DNA of 63,057 nt, counting the filler, from Sluysia triapertura (Eukaryota), in the NCBI GenBank assembly GCA_046118255.1. It is 4 parts of 4 records of this genome, joined end to end, with 100 filler letters (N's around TTAATTAATTAA, not from the genome) between each part and the next. Parts side by side here need not be neighbours in the genome. Positions count along the whole stretch, not along the records: positions 35,347 to 51,829 come from JBJNIA010203041.1; positions 51,930 to 63,057 come from JBJNIA010188476.1; 2 more parts are not named here. The stretch is one strand, 5' to 3'. The notes beneath the pieces are model-generated. The model was not told the origin of the DNA. It was given only the letters and a program-made list of their open reading frames with translations, and did no database searches. Made by a program: the position numbers and the translations under genes. Positions 43,564 through 54,850 of the stretch are shown piece by piece (within the stretch, counting starts at the first letter, position 1; each line of letters starts with the position of its first letter).

Positions 43564-43784
43564 ATGATTTCTAAAACATTAACGTTAAAATTCATCTTAT
43601 AAAAGCATATTGGAGTTCGTTAGACATCTATTATGAATTCTTACGTAAATAATTTGTCTGTTAAAAATATTGGACCTAATGATCGACTTATAGTTCTCCA
43701 AATTTGGAACACAACAGGCCTAAATGATTGCATTCTAACTTACGTTATTTGAAGTGAAGATACATTTTACAATTTGGCACATTC
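43564..43784 (+). pseudogene. Rab7-like small GTPase 5' fragment (degenerate) inside cassette B
   Basis: MISKTLTLKFIL*KHIGVR*TSIMNSYVNN..LSVKNIGPNDRLIVLQIWNTTG aligns in register with Rab7 [31 protein letters not shown]...[22 protein letters not shown]. The switch-I segment is deleted and there are three in-frame stops. Confidence 0.75.
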
Positions 43785-43813
43785 GTACGTTAATTTTCTA
43801 ATTTTTTAGTTAG

Positions 43814-44648
43814 AAACAAAATTGATTTCAATTCACAAGCATTGTCGGAATATAAAGTAATGAAGTATTACAATGGTCATTATGATGTACATTATGTTAA
43901 AGTTATTACTAAAGGCGGAGTTTGCGCTAATGAAGTTTTTGAATACACTGTCAATATGGCATTGAAATTAAGACAACTATTAGACAAGTCAATTAGAGAA
44001 CTACATTTCAAATCAGATACGTCAATGTTAACCAACTTAGACTCAAATAATGTTGTTTTCGATCTCTTCAAAGTTCTTAATGTCAAATACCTATCAATGT
44101 TATATGTGGAACCTACTATATATAGAGTTGATGACGATGATTCTTCTCAAGCTACGCAAACACAGTATGCAGAACTAACTAACGTCAAGGCACATATTAG
44201 TAGTAACGTCACTGGATATTTAACGCCAAAGGGTGCAAATGAAATTCAAGAAAATATCAAACTCCTTACTGGCAGTTCATATCATATTGAATTTAAAGAT
44301 GTTTTACAATCAAGGAAAACCACAATTACTATGAAATTATCAAATTCTAACCAAGTAATCAAAAATGCTATCTACCTATTCGACAGCAATCAAGATGGAG
44401 TTTGTGTTAAGTATGGTATGCTCATGCAGTGAACCAGTTAGCACTTTCAAATACCGAATTCCTACAACGCCTGGATCATTTTTCCAGGATTACAAACATC
44501 TTAAATAGCCTCAGAGTTTCAAATCTAAATGAGATCAATAACAATTTGTGTATCCATGAACCTAAAGTAATTATTTCTTATCCATTTTATAATGACATTA
44601 ATTTTTGTGATTTTTATTTAGATGTCGAAACAGTTGGATCGAGAGTAA
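43814..44648 (+). pseudogene. Cassette B cargo ORF, unknown protein (one apparent frameshift near 44420)
   Basis: ORFs 43842-44432 and 44429 onward; candidate introns 43785-43813 and 44567-44621; short last exon and AATAAA. Confidence 0.55.
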
Positions 44649-45289
44649 GCACATCCGGGATTAAAATAATTAACGTTCAATGTAATTTTAATAAATTTTT
44701 ATGTAGTTATAGTTCATTTATAAATTATTTTATATTCCGAAAAGCACAATACAATAAAGAATTAAGAAACAAGAATTTATATAAGATTTCAATTTACTTT
44801 TTTAAACTCAATCTAAAATCATATAAAAGTGTCTTAACACATTTATTTTTGGATAATTTTTTAAATAGTACATAGATATATCTGCCGGTGGAGGGCTGGT
44901 ATAGCTCTAACATATCGTTTTCTAATGGTTTAGCGCAAATACAAGTTTAAAATCAGATTGGTTAAATGTTGTGCATTGAGATTTAGTATAGGTTTTCGTT
45001 AGAGTGAGAGTAAATTAAATGTGGATATCTTGTTTTTACTTTATTTTCTTTGTAGACGGAACTTAGGCTTTATTTATTTTAAGCAATCAAAATATTTTAT
45101 TTGTTAGTTAATCAGAAAAAAATAGTTGTTTGTCACCGCAGATAACCGTAACTTAATCTGCGACCAATCATACTTAGGCAATTTTTACATGAATGTGATA
45201 TATAATATTATCAGTTACATGCATAAGGATTACATCTATGAAGATTCTGTGGTTATCGCGCATTACATACAATAATATTTAGTAAAAAT

Positions 45290-46242
45290 AATACATTAAT
45301 ACAGTCTAGTAACGACGCCGATTACACTGTTTAAGACTTGTATTATACTGATGAAGGATTCGCTTAATGAAGGTAACCTAAGATCATAAATAGAAGTTAA
45401 AGTAATGAGTTCGCCTGTGATTCAAGACTTACAGAATGGTTTGTGATAGCCGGGTGCTATTATAATATCGAGCGAAAACATAATTATTAATTCGGAAACA
45501 TCTTTATTATAAAAGGAATTACTAGATCTGGGCTTAAGGCCCTCTTCAAATTTTAAAATCACATTATAAAGATCAATTTTATGAAAAGTGGACTTAAGGT
45601 CCTTTTCGTTGTTAAAATTAAACAGAGTGATATTACGGAAATTCGGCTTAATGCCTTTAATACTATGAGAATATTGCAATTTAAATGAATGACATAAAAC
45701 AAAATAAAATTTAGACATATATTCAAAATAAAACCTTACCACACCACACGTTTTTAAATGTAAGATGTACTGGAGGTCTTTAGGATAAATGATGCTAAAA
45801 CAAACAAAAATTCGAGTGACGAAATCTGATAATAATATAAACAAATTAAAGAAAACATAACCGCATCTTTCATAACGAAATAAGCAGTGAATCTTTGAAT
45901 GGGATAATTTAAGCAAAACTTTTGATAATGTCAGGCATACTTGCACCAGGTAATCCTAAACTAAACGGCCTTTTGTTAATACAGTTACGAGCCACTTGAG
46001 GATTTTCTCTCGTTTATTTTTTGCAAATACATTAGATAAGTCTTTGAAATGTCTTGAAATTCAAAATCCTCCTCATGATCCATTTTAAATTTACGATACA
46101 GCTTTAGACTTGTGACAATCGCCTTAAACATCTTTATAACGTGAACTTTTAAATTTATAGCAATCATTTTTAAACTTGTAGCGTCTTTCTTCAAATTCTC
46201 AAACATCTTTATAACATGAACTTTTAAATTTATAGCAATCAT
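45290..46242 (-). pseudogene. Orphan, disrupted, probably spliced ORF of unknown function
   Basis: ORFs 45985-46242 and 45422-45946; a 42-bp segment is duplicated at 75-bp spacing (46126, 46201). Confidence 0.35.
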
Positions 46243-46456
46243 CTTTGAATTTGTTCAAAATATTTTATTATTAAAACAATGAAAAACAAAACCCCTTTTT
46301 AATAATCAAATAAAAATTGTTTGGCTACAACACACAACCAATGAACATTAAAATCTAAAAATAGTTCATTTTAATAAGCACAACCTTGATACATAAATAC
46401 TTTTATTATAGTTTTATCTACTTGTAAATAATGAATAGTTTATTAATGGATAATAT

Positions 46457-49047
46457 TTATAAATTAGATTTTAAAATCTGTTCCTTATCCGGTGAACAAT
46501 TGGTCGGTAAAAAAACTGTTTCTTCTAAACTCTGATTTTGATTGGTTAATTCTTTGGCATTGTCTGCCCAATCCTTTGCAGTTTTATTTAGCTTTACACT
46601 TCCACTTGAACGTGTGGAATTTTGTATTGATTCTTTTTTATGTTGTCGTTTCTTGGTTGAAGATTGAGAGAAACTGTTCTGAGAGTCGATTGAGGTCGAG
46701 GTATATCTGAATAGTATATAGGAACCCTTACCATGGTTATAATTTTTATTATTTTATTGTTATTATTATATCATTACTATTATCATTTTATTTTATTGTT
46801 ATTATCATGTTTATTATTATTATTATTACTATTATTATTATTATTCGTCAATTTCGCTTTAGAACAAAAGAATATTTTTAAAAATATTTGGAATTTGGAA
46901 TTTTCTTTTATTGTTAACATTGTATGCAATAAAAATAATTTTTGTTCAAAAATTATCTACTGAAAAATATAAACAGAAAATAGTCAACCTCTTAAATGAC
47001 ATCCGCTTAGCCAGTATTTTTGATACCACCTCCTCCTGTGGTCCGACGTTCTCATCTTCTTGTTCTTCAATGTCTTTACCCTCGTCATCGGAATTCAGTG
47101 ATTGATGTAGTGGAAAGTTCACTATGCAACGAAATATATCTTTGTCCTTGGACAGCTTCTCATTTTTGAACAGCCAGTATGTTAAATACGACACGAATAG
47201 AATGACTAGGAGTGACATGACCATGCAGAACGTCTTCAGAGGGAAGAGTGAGTCACCTTCTTTCTATAGGAAATATAAACTAGATGTATATATACACTGC
47301 GACTAACCGTAAATAATGGCAGTATGGGTGGTAAAGATAACGAGCTTTCGCCTATCATCAGTCGCAATACGAAGCCCACCAGATAGCCCGAGAGAGATCC
47401 ATATGTATTACTCCATTCCACGTGCACCACGCATATTAATTGTGGAAATATAATGACGTAGACCATGTCGGAACACAAGAACCACAATGAGTAAATCGAT
47501 TCTATTTGAATTGCCAAGTAGCAAGCGAGAGCGCCAACCAGGAACACGCTAATCCTCATGGTCCAGATTATCTGCAATCATACAATGAAATAATGGCTCA
47601 TTATTATTGTCGATGGTTCAAATAGGACAGACAGATCATGTTTCATTGTAAAATAAACTTTACTTAAAATCTTACTGAATTTTAATAATTGTTAAAATCC
47701 AATTAAATCTATCTTAATTCTTTCATTACAATTCTAAAATAAATAAAATCAAAAGCTACAACTTTAATTATATTCAATATAAAGTAATTGCAATAATAGG
47801 GAAATAAAAACAAATAATTCCAATCAATTTTTCCAAATTATCTATTCTTACTATTATAAATCTAATATTCAAAACTACATTCACCTAACCGTAATTCAAA
47901 TAAAATAAGAAAAATAAACAAAATAATAATGAAAATAAAATGAAAACCAGGACTGATGTAACACAAAATCTAAATAAAAATTCCGTAATTTGAATTTATT
48001 ATAATTTAAATAATTTATTTATAACATTAAAAAAATAATAATAATGATTATTAAGATGAACCGTTCAACCAGTTGCGCGTTAGTGAACGTCATTCGTCAG
48101 TGTCCCTGATTGGAGACCTTTTACCTGCACTACTCCAATATGATTTTAGTAATTTATCCACCACCTCCAAAATTTCATTTGGGATCATTCATCCCTGTTT
48201 TTGTGCTACACACTGATACGACTTGAAATAGGAATCAACTGACTACAACTAAATTCTAAAGTGCATATGCAACGGATATGAGAATATTTGCAACCGTTTT
48301 CTAAGATCAAAGCAAGACTAAAACACTAAAATAACAAATTAGTCCTGCTCTTTAATTGTGAATTGTTCATAGATCTAAGTTCCTCGAGATTCAAATGTAA
48401 AGTCTTGCCAATTTGGAAGATATTCCAAAAGAAGGCTTGAAGATAGCAGATTATATAGCAAGATAGAGACAAACTTGAGGTTGCGGTATGAAAGGTATCC
48501 TAACTTTGATGTTACATTATTTAAAGTCGAGATTCTGACATTCCTTATGAAATAGAAGATAAATATGCTGATTCCTTCAAATGAAACAAAAGAACCAATC
48601 ACAGATGATTTATTACAAGTTGTCGATGAATTGATGTTATCGTCGCATTTCTTAATTCCTAGAACATACTGTTGCACAAAGTAAGCCCTTCTTCCGAATA
48701 TCTCGAATAATTCATCTTTATCAGGATATGAAATGAACAGCACAGAAATTATTTTAAATTTTAACTTTTGAAATAAAGATATATTTGTAACAATTAAATT
48801 TGCGTTACCATGTTATCAGATGCTTTCTGCCAAACAATGGATTTGAAGACATTTCTGGCGAACATAGAAGCAGCTGATAAAATTGAAGAATCGGCAGATG
48901 ACATTACCGCAGCCGACACAGCCCCAAGGCCGATGACACCCACAAATTCTGGACAGAGATATCGAAGAACTAGAGGTAGTATTTTGCGGCGCTCACTGTC
49001 CGGTATGGTGCCGTTTACAAGACCCGAGTAATTTGTGAAACTCCAAT
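46457..49047 (-). CDS. SLC5A7: High-affinity choline transporter SLC5A7/CHT1-like, 3' exons
   Basis: Exons 49047-48809, 47571-47308, 47263-46989, 46706-46457, in phase and ending in TAA. ILPLVLRYLCP...GLGAVSAAVMSSADSSILSAASMFARNV, LWFLCSDMVYVIIFPQL, SNTYGS and FPLKTFCM match CHT1. Confidence 0.92.
48050..48740 (+). mobile_element. Possible decayed hAT transposase in SLC5A7 intron
   Basis: Coding-like composition with many stops; weak hAT-like motifs (R*SERHSS..., YPNFDVTLFKVEI). Confidence 0.35.
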
Positions 49048-49519
49048 CTGAAATTAAAAAATCGAATGTCTAAAATTCAGCATGCTATAGGTGTATTTTG
49101 ATGGAACATATAATGCTGAAGAATTTTAAAGGACAATTATTGTAGAAGTACAACTATTGTAGAAGCACATAGAATGCAACATACATAATAATATTTATGA
49201 AATAAGCATACTATTTCATGATATTCCAGAAACTCGACATCATCTAGTAACTAGTTTATATATTTTTGAAATATAAAAGGTATTTGCACTGTCGGGGTGT
49301 CAGTGTAAGGTTTAAACTTTAAACGAATTAATAATAATAATAATAATAGACCTACCAGAAAATTATGTCCGATAACACAATATCAAATTTCAACATATAT
49401 GTGAATATTAATTTGAGAGATGCATGACTGCATGTATATATACGAGACCCTGTAAGCAAATATGACTTATGTTAGTTGTGTAAACATGAGTACTGATAAA
49501 GTTCATTTATGACACTCTA

Positions 49520-50375
49520 TTTGTACGAATTCCATCAAGGAATATATGTTACAGAAGTTGTAAATATTTAGTAAAAGTGTTTGGTGAAAGTACAGTTTCT
49601 GATAGGACATGCAGGAGATGATTCGAAAAATTTTTAAAAGGTGATTTCGATCTTACTGATAAACCACACTTTGAGTGGACATATTTGATCGATTACAATT
49701 TTATTAAAGTCACATTAGATCAAGATCCTTTTCTGACAATATCGACGATTGCGGAAAGGCTTAATTCAGCTCAGCAAACCATTTCGGACCACATTCGAGA
49801 GGGGTGCCGCATGAGTTAAATGAAAAACATTTGAATGATTGAGTCATCTCACATGTACATCTGGGAACAAAGTCAAACTGGGGATCAGAAAACATCGCAC
49901 GAAAAATGGGACAACCTGACCCCTACACCGATCTTGAGCTTTGGGATATTCGAGAACTAATGAATTAAGATCTTTTGAAACCGAATAAAAAAACCAATTT
50001 CGAGAGGTAATGACAACAATTAGATGATTTAAACAAAGCACTCACAGAAAAGAGGCCGGAACTATTCAATAGGAAGGAAATCATACTAAATCATGATAGT
50101 ACCAGGCCTCATACTGCTTTGGGGACTCGTCAGAAACTCGCAGAACTAGGCTGGAAAATTCTACCCAGACCTATCACCCTTCGATTACCGCTTGTTACAA
50201 CATTTTTTGAAAGCAAATGAATTCAGAAATGAACCAGGCCATTTTACAAACTGCCATTTCTCTGTCAATGTGTCGTAACTAATAAGGGAAACTATATTCT
50301 GCAATAAATATTATTAAAGGTATGAAAAATTTATTATTTTGTTGATTCGATAAGCGTACAGAACCTTCAGGTATA
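49520..50375 (+). mobile_element. Decayed mariner transposase
   Basis: SDRTCRR*FEKF..GDFDLTDKP, VPHELNEKH, NHDSTRPHTA..TRQKLAELGWKIL and PDL...DY motifs. Confidence 0.9.
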
Positions 50376-51829
50376 ATAAATAAATTATAATTAATAATAA
50401 TTAATAATAAATTAGTAATATAAGTTAATAAAATATTTTATCCCAGGAGGGTGCCCATATTACAAACATAATTTAAGCTATAATGCCCATCTTTAAAATA
50501 AAATATCGAATGACCTCAGCAAAAAGTTACAAAGACAAAAATATCTGCACATGACGTTGACTCCACAGAAATGACCACTCATAAGAAACCCCACCTCCCT
50601 GGAGGCAGTTCTTATTCTAGATTGTTTAGATTGAATATTATATTAAATTTGGATTTCGTGTGAATAAATTGGAAATGATTTTTTAGTTTTCATTTATGTG
50701 CACGAAACTTAGAGTACTACACGGGCTTTTATTTTAAGTAGTCAACGTCGATTTTAATGGTCAGTTAATCAGAATGTTAAGTCGCGTGTTTGTTACAGCA
50801 TCTGTTATGATGTGCTACAACTTATATAATTTTACAATATGTGATTTACAATATTACGTATAACACGATTATGCCTACGAAAGTTCTGTGCTTTCTCAAT
50901 TAACATACTCATACATATTCCTCGTCCAAAGAAATCTCCATCTCCAATAGTACCAACCTAATCTTGTAATGATGTTGCTGCTAATTGTTATTAATCTTTA
51001 GCATACGAAGTTATAAAAACAACAAAATGTGCTGAAAACCGATTTTTTAAACTCAACGATGAATTTTTTATGATCACTCCTACTGTTTTTTATTCATAAA
51101 AATATTACTAAAGTGATCCATAAAAAATTTCATAAATGCTAGATGTACATAGCATTCGTCTATTTTGACCATTAAATTAAAAGTTAGATATATCTGACAT
51201 TCGTAGACTAAAAGTTAGATATTAGTTAATAATAACGGAAAGTCATCAAGATCGAGAAACCTAAATATTCAAGTTTATGAATGCATTTTAATAATAATAA
51301 GACATTTGCCTTCATATCTCAAGAGCTGTGGCAATAGTAAAAATATATAGGATACAAATTGCAAGAAAAAATAACAAATAAATACATTTATTACAAATCG
51401 TCATTAAAATAATCATATTATCATTATTATTTTCCAGCCAGTACCTCGTGTCATCGTTGTTGGATTGTGCAATTTTCCTTTATTTGATCGCTTATAACTG
51501 ATCGTTTTTGGACCCACTTCTGATGTTATCTGGAGAATAAATTGTACTGTTTTAGAAACATTCTTTTTTATTTTTCTTGACTTATCTCGGTGCCTTTCAG
51601 AGTGACTATTTTAGTCTTATTCTATTCAGTAGTACTAGATATTAATGAAAAGAATTTGGGCCTCAAAAATATCCATTCAATATATTTTACCTTACTCTAA
51701 TATTATATCTTGAAATTTAGTATTATATATTGGATTGTTGATATCATAATTTTGTTGGGATTAGTGAAGAATAAGGGTTGATATAAGGGTCAAAACTTAG
51801 GATAACAGAATAAGTTGAACGTTATTAAA

Positions 51830-51929
51830 NNNNNNNNNNNNNNNNNNNNNNNNNNNNNNNNNNNNNNNNNNNNTTAATTAATTAANNNNNNNNNNNNNNN
51901 NNNNNNNNNNNNNNNNNNNNNNNNNNNNN
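51830..51929. other. Artificial contig linker
   Basis: N44-TTAATTAATTAA-N44. Confidence 0.97.
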
Positions 51930-52699
51930 ATATGCACGAGAACATTCAGAGTGATGGCTATTTTCAGATTATATTACTGTAAATTAGAAATTTGAATGTA
52001 TAATTAAAACAAGAACTTTTATGGGCAATATTAAAAAAGACAGAATGCATGGCAAGAATTCTTTTTCGAATCCACACCAGCGACATGTCACAGGAAAGCG
52101 AGGTGGAGGTTCGGAGGATATAAGTTAACCTTTAAAATATTGTTGCGCCTTAACCATGAATACAGAAGAATGGTCACTTAATTGGAGCAAAGATGGTGTG
52201 CCAGATGGAAGTTTTCATAAGGCAGTCGGTAAAATAACACTGACATTGAAGCGTTTTCCAAATTCGACTATTGGAAAGATTGAAAGTACTACAGATATTT
52301 CTCTACTTTATCTTTATGAAATGGACCAAACGTAATATCATCGCCTCCAGTGATGTCAGATTTAATTACCAGTTTAATCTCATCATCGGCAAAAAGGAAA
52401 GTAATCTGAGCTCCAAGTTAAGAAAGGAAGTCCTTTTTTGTAGCCGTGCATGTAGAGAACCTGGTCTTGATTCTCGGGAACAATGAGCAAAGTCGGAACC
52501 CGGATATAGGCGTTTAATAAATTTTTATGGTCTATATAGTGAAACCAGTCCACTGTTGGATTGATCCACAAGTGCGCTTTAGCCTAAAGTTACCATTGAG
52601 ATGCTGCGTTGATATTGCGACTGCTCCATTTTGTTTAATATAATTTAACATAACATATAATAATTTAAGAGTAATATTTTTAACATATTAGTTTTAGCA

Positions 52700-54850
52700 A
52701 TGTAATTTTATAACTGAGAGAAAAACTAAGGTCATGTATCATATTTCTGGTCTTATAAAAGGTAATGCCGATTTAACAGCAGATTTAAAAAATTTATAAT
52801 GAATCGTTCTCAAATATATCAACAATTTATAGATGGATAATTGCATTTAAAAGAGATAGATCAAATGTACATGACAAAAGATTTGGTAGATATTCAATTA
52901 TAAATGAAAATTTATCAATAACGTCAAAAGAAAATCATTGCAAACAAAAAAATCATGGTATCCTAAAAATATCTTGATAAAGGAAGTTATATTCAAGTTT
53001 GTGCCACGTTTTTTAACTGCAGATACGTTAAAATATGAAAAAGAATCATGGAATGTAGAATAACAAAATATGACAGAAAATAATATTCATATTTATTTAT
53101 ACCAAAACTAGAATGTCATTAAAATGTAAACATGCAAATGCTTGTTAAGATGAAGCAAAGGAATTTCAATGAAATAAAAAATTTAAATAAATCTTCAATT
53201 AAGCCTCACAGAAATAAATATAATCGCAAATACATAGCAAACATCTAGCGATGGCAAATTGAGATTGTATTGTACCATATGTGTATATATTATTTTGATT
53301 ATAAACTTTCTTAACTGTTATTTTCTGTATAAGCCACTGAATCATATAAAACGAGATGGCTTCCAAACAGAATATATCTTCCAATTTACGTTCTTCAACC
53401 ATGAAACAATTATCGTAATCTCTTTTGATATTTCCAAAGACAATGTGACAAGGATTTAAAGTAAAGTAATTTAAAAAAATTATTGTCCATAGTTGTTCTT
53501 TAAATGAATTAAATCTTTTTCGCATGTATCAGAAATTTAATCAACAAATGTGACATTGGTATTCTCGCATTTTGGTTCCATTTATAAATATACCACACCA
53601 ACTGTATAAGATCAGAAATCTTTAAATAAACGTCATTTATTTCGATTATTTAAACAAATTCCTTTTATTCTGACACATCAATAAAAACGCTGAACGGCTT
53701 AATAATTTTAAGGTAAATTTTTAGATAATAAAAAATACTCCCTCTGTCCGGAAATATGGTATGCATTTCAAAAAAATCATAGATTATGGAGGATATCGAA
53801 AAAATATTCATTATATTAGTATTGTATGCATTGAACGTCACATAACCTAACATAATTGGCAGGTGTTGCGTTCGTGTAAAGTAAGAACTTGACGATCAAA
53901 GATAAGATTTTTAAGATAAATAAAATAGGTACCGCTGTGATTTGCAAATGGAAATATCCGAAGAAAAATTGATAAACTTAAAAAGAGATGCCAAATATAA
54001 ACAATTGACCGAACAATAACGTCATGGCATCCTAGAAAAATTATTACAGCACATGAAAGAGAACAAGTTACAACACGGTTACAAGTAAATCTTACCAATA
54101 ACGGAGATGTTCTTTTTGATGATTTATATGACTACATTCATATTGACGAAAATTATCTTAGTAAAATTAAACGCTCTTATTACCTAATGTTAGACGAAAA
54201 AGAACCTCAGAGAAACTTTTATAAGATCAAATTTCTTTAACATGAAGCTTCCCCCAACACAATTAATGAATTGATTGATTGTGTTCCAAATTCATTTAAT
54301 AAATTAGAAAGAAATAATATTGATGTTTTTACCACATTATGGAATCAATTATGTTAATGGGTGGAAGAAATTCTTACAAAATTCCCATATAAATAAGACA
54401 AAATTTCGTCTCGAGAGTCGATTAGCTGAAAATACGGTCAAATCCTATTTGAATTAAATTTGTATTTAATTATATTGTTTAAATATGTATATAATATAAT
54501 TTGTATGTTAAATTTTAGTTTTATTTTATTTTTTTCGCAAATGTACATCATATTTTCGTACGACAAAAATTGCCAAATGTAAACCACATTTCCGGGCAGA
54601 GGGAGTAATTGAATCAAGAAATCTCGTAATATTTTACAGAATTAATACATACTTATCATTAAATCGATTGAGAATTTCAACAATTGTCAGGTTTGATGGA
54701 ATCAAATCTAATTCAACATTTTCATAACGTAAACGTTCAGAAATGAGTATTTTTAAAATAAAACTTGTTATTCTATGAGAAATTCGATTGGAGACGTCAA
54801 TTTTTATCGGCAAAGTAGCATTGTTCATGTGGAATTGTCTTTTCCAGCTA
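52700..54850 (-). pseudogene. Possible pseudogene of a receptor with periplasmic-binding-protein-like ectodomain, interrupted by a mariner
   Basis: PIKIDVSNRISHRITSFILKILISERLRYENVEL resembles the S..I...ILKILL.E.LGY.V motif of type-II binding-protein domains. Fragmentary coding-like frames continue downstream. Confidence 0.3.
53738..54605 (+). mobile_element. DD39D (plant-type/Stowaway-related) mariner, internally deleted
   Basis: TA TSD; 23-bp TIR CTCCCTCTG(T/C)CCGGAAAT(A/G)TGGT; remnants FDDLYDYIHIDE...YYLMLDEKEPQR and PNTINELIDCV..SF...GGRNSYKIP. Confidence 0.85.

Larger units (their letters stand above)
42084..44839. mobile_element. Cassette B: solo-LTR-like insertion with cargo gene
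   Basis: TGTGGTGGCCAAC...GTGTCTTAACA with perfect 5-bp TSD CATTT (42079-42083 / 44840-44844). The leader is homologous to A and C; (AAT)n at 42824-42899; hairpins at 43149-43210 and 43250-43301. Confidence 0.88.

Noticed and set aside
43564-43752. Alternative genetic code (stop reassignment) to explain in-frame stops
   Set aside because: The stops align to different residues (L, K), and the host-gene exons read through without internal stops under the standard code; decay is the simpler explanation.
46320-46332. TTTGGCTACAACA as the right end of cassette B
   Set aside because: Its flank CACAA does not match CATTT, whereas the end at 44839 has a perfect TSD.
48810-49031. Plus-strand ORFs at 48810, 2019, 46492, 46911 and 47124
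   Set aside because: Antisense shadows of SLC5A7 or PAXIP1 exons.
51930-52600. MORN-repeat gene (FMGNIKKDRMHGK)
   Set aside because: Only one weak motif followed by a stop; no supportable gene model.
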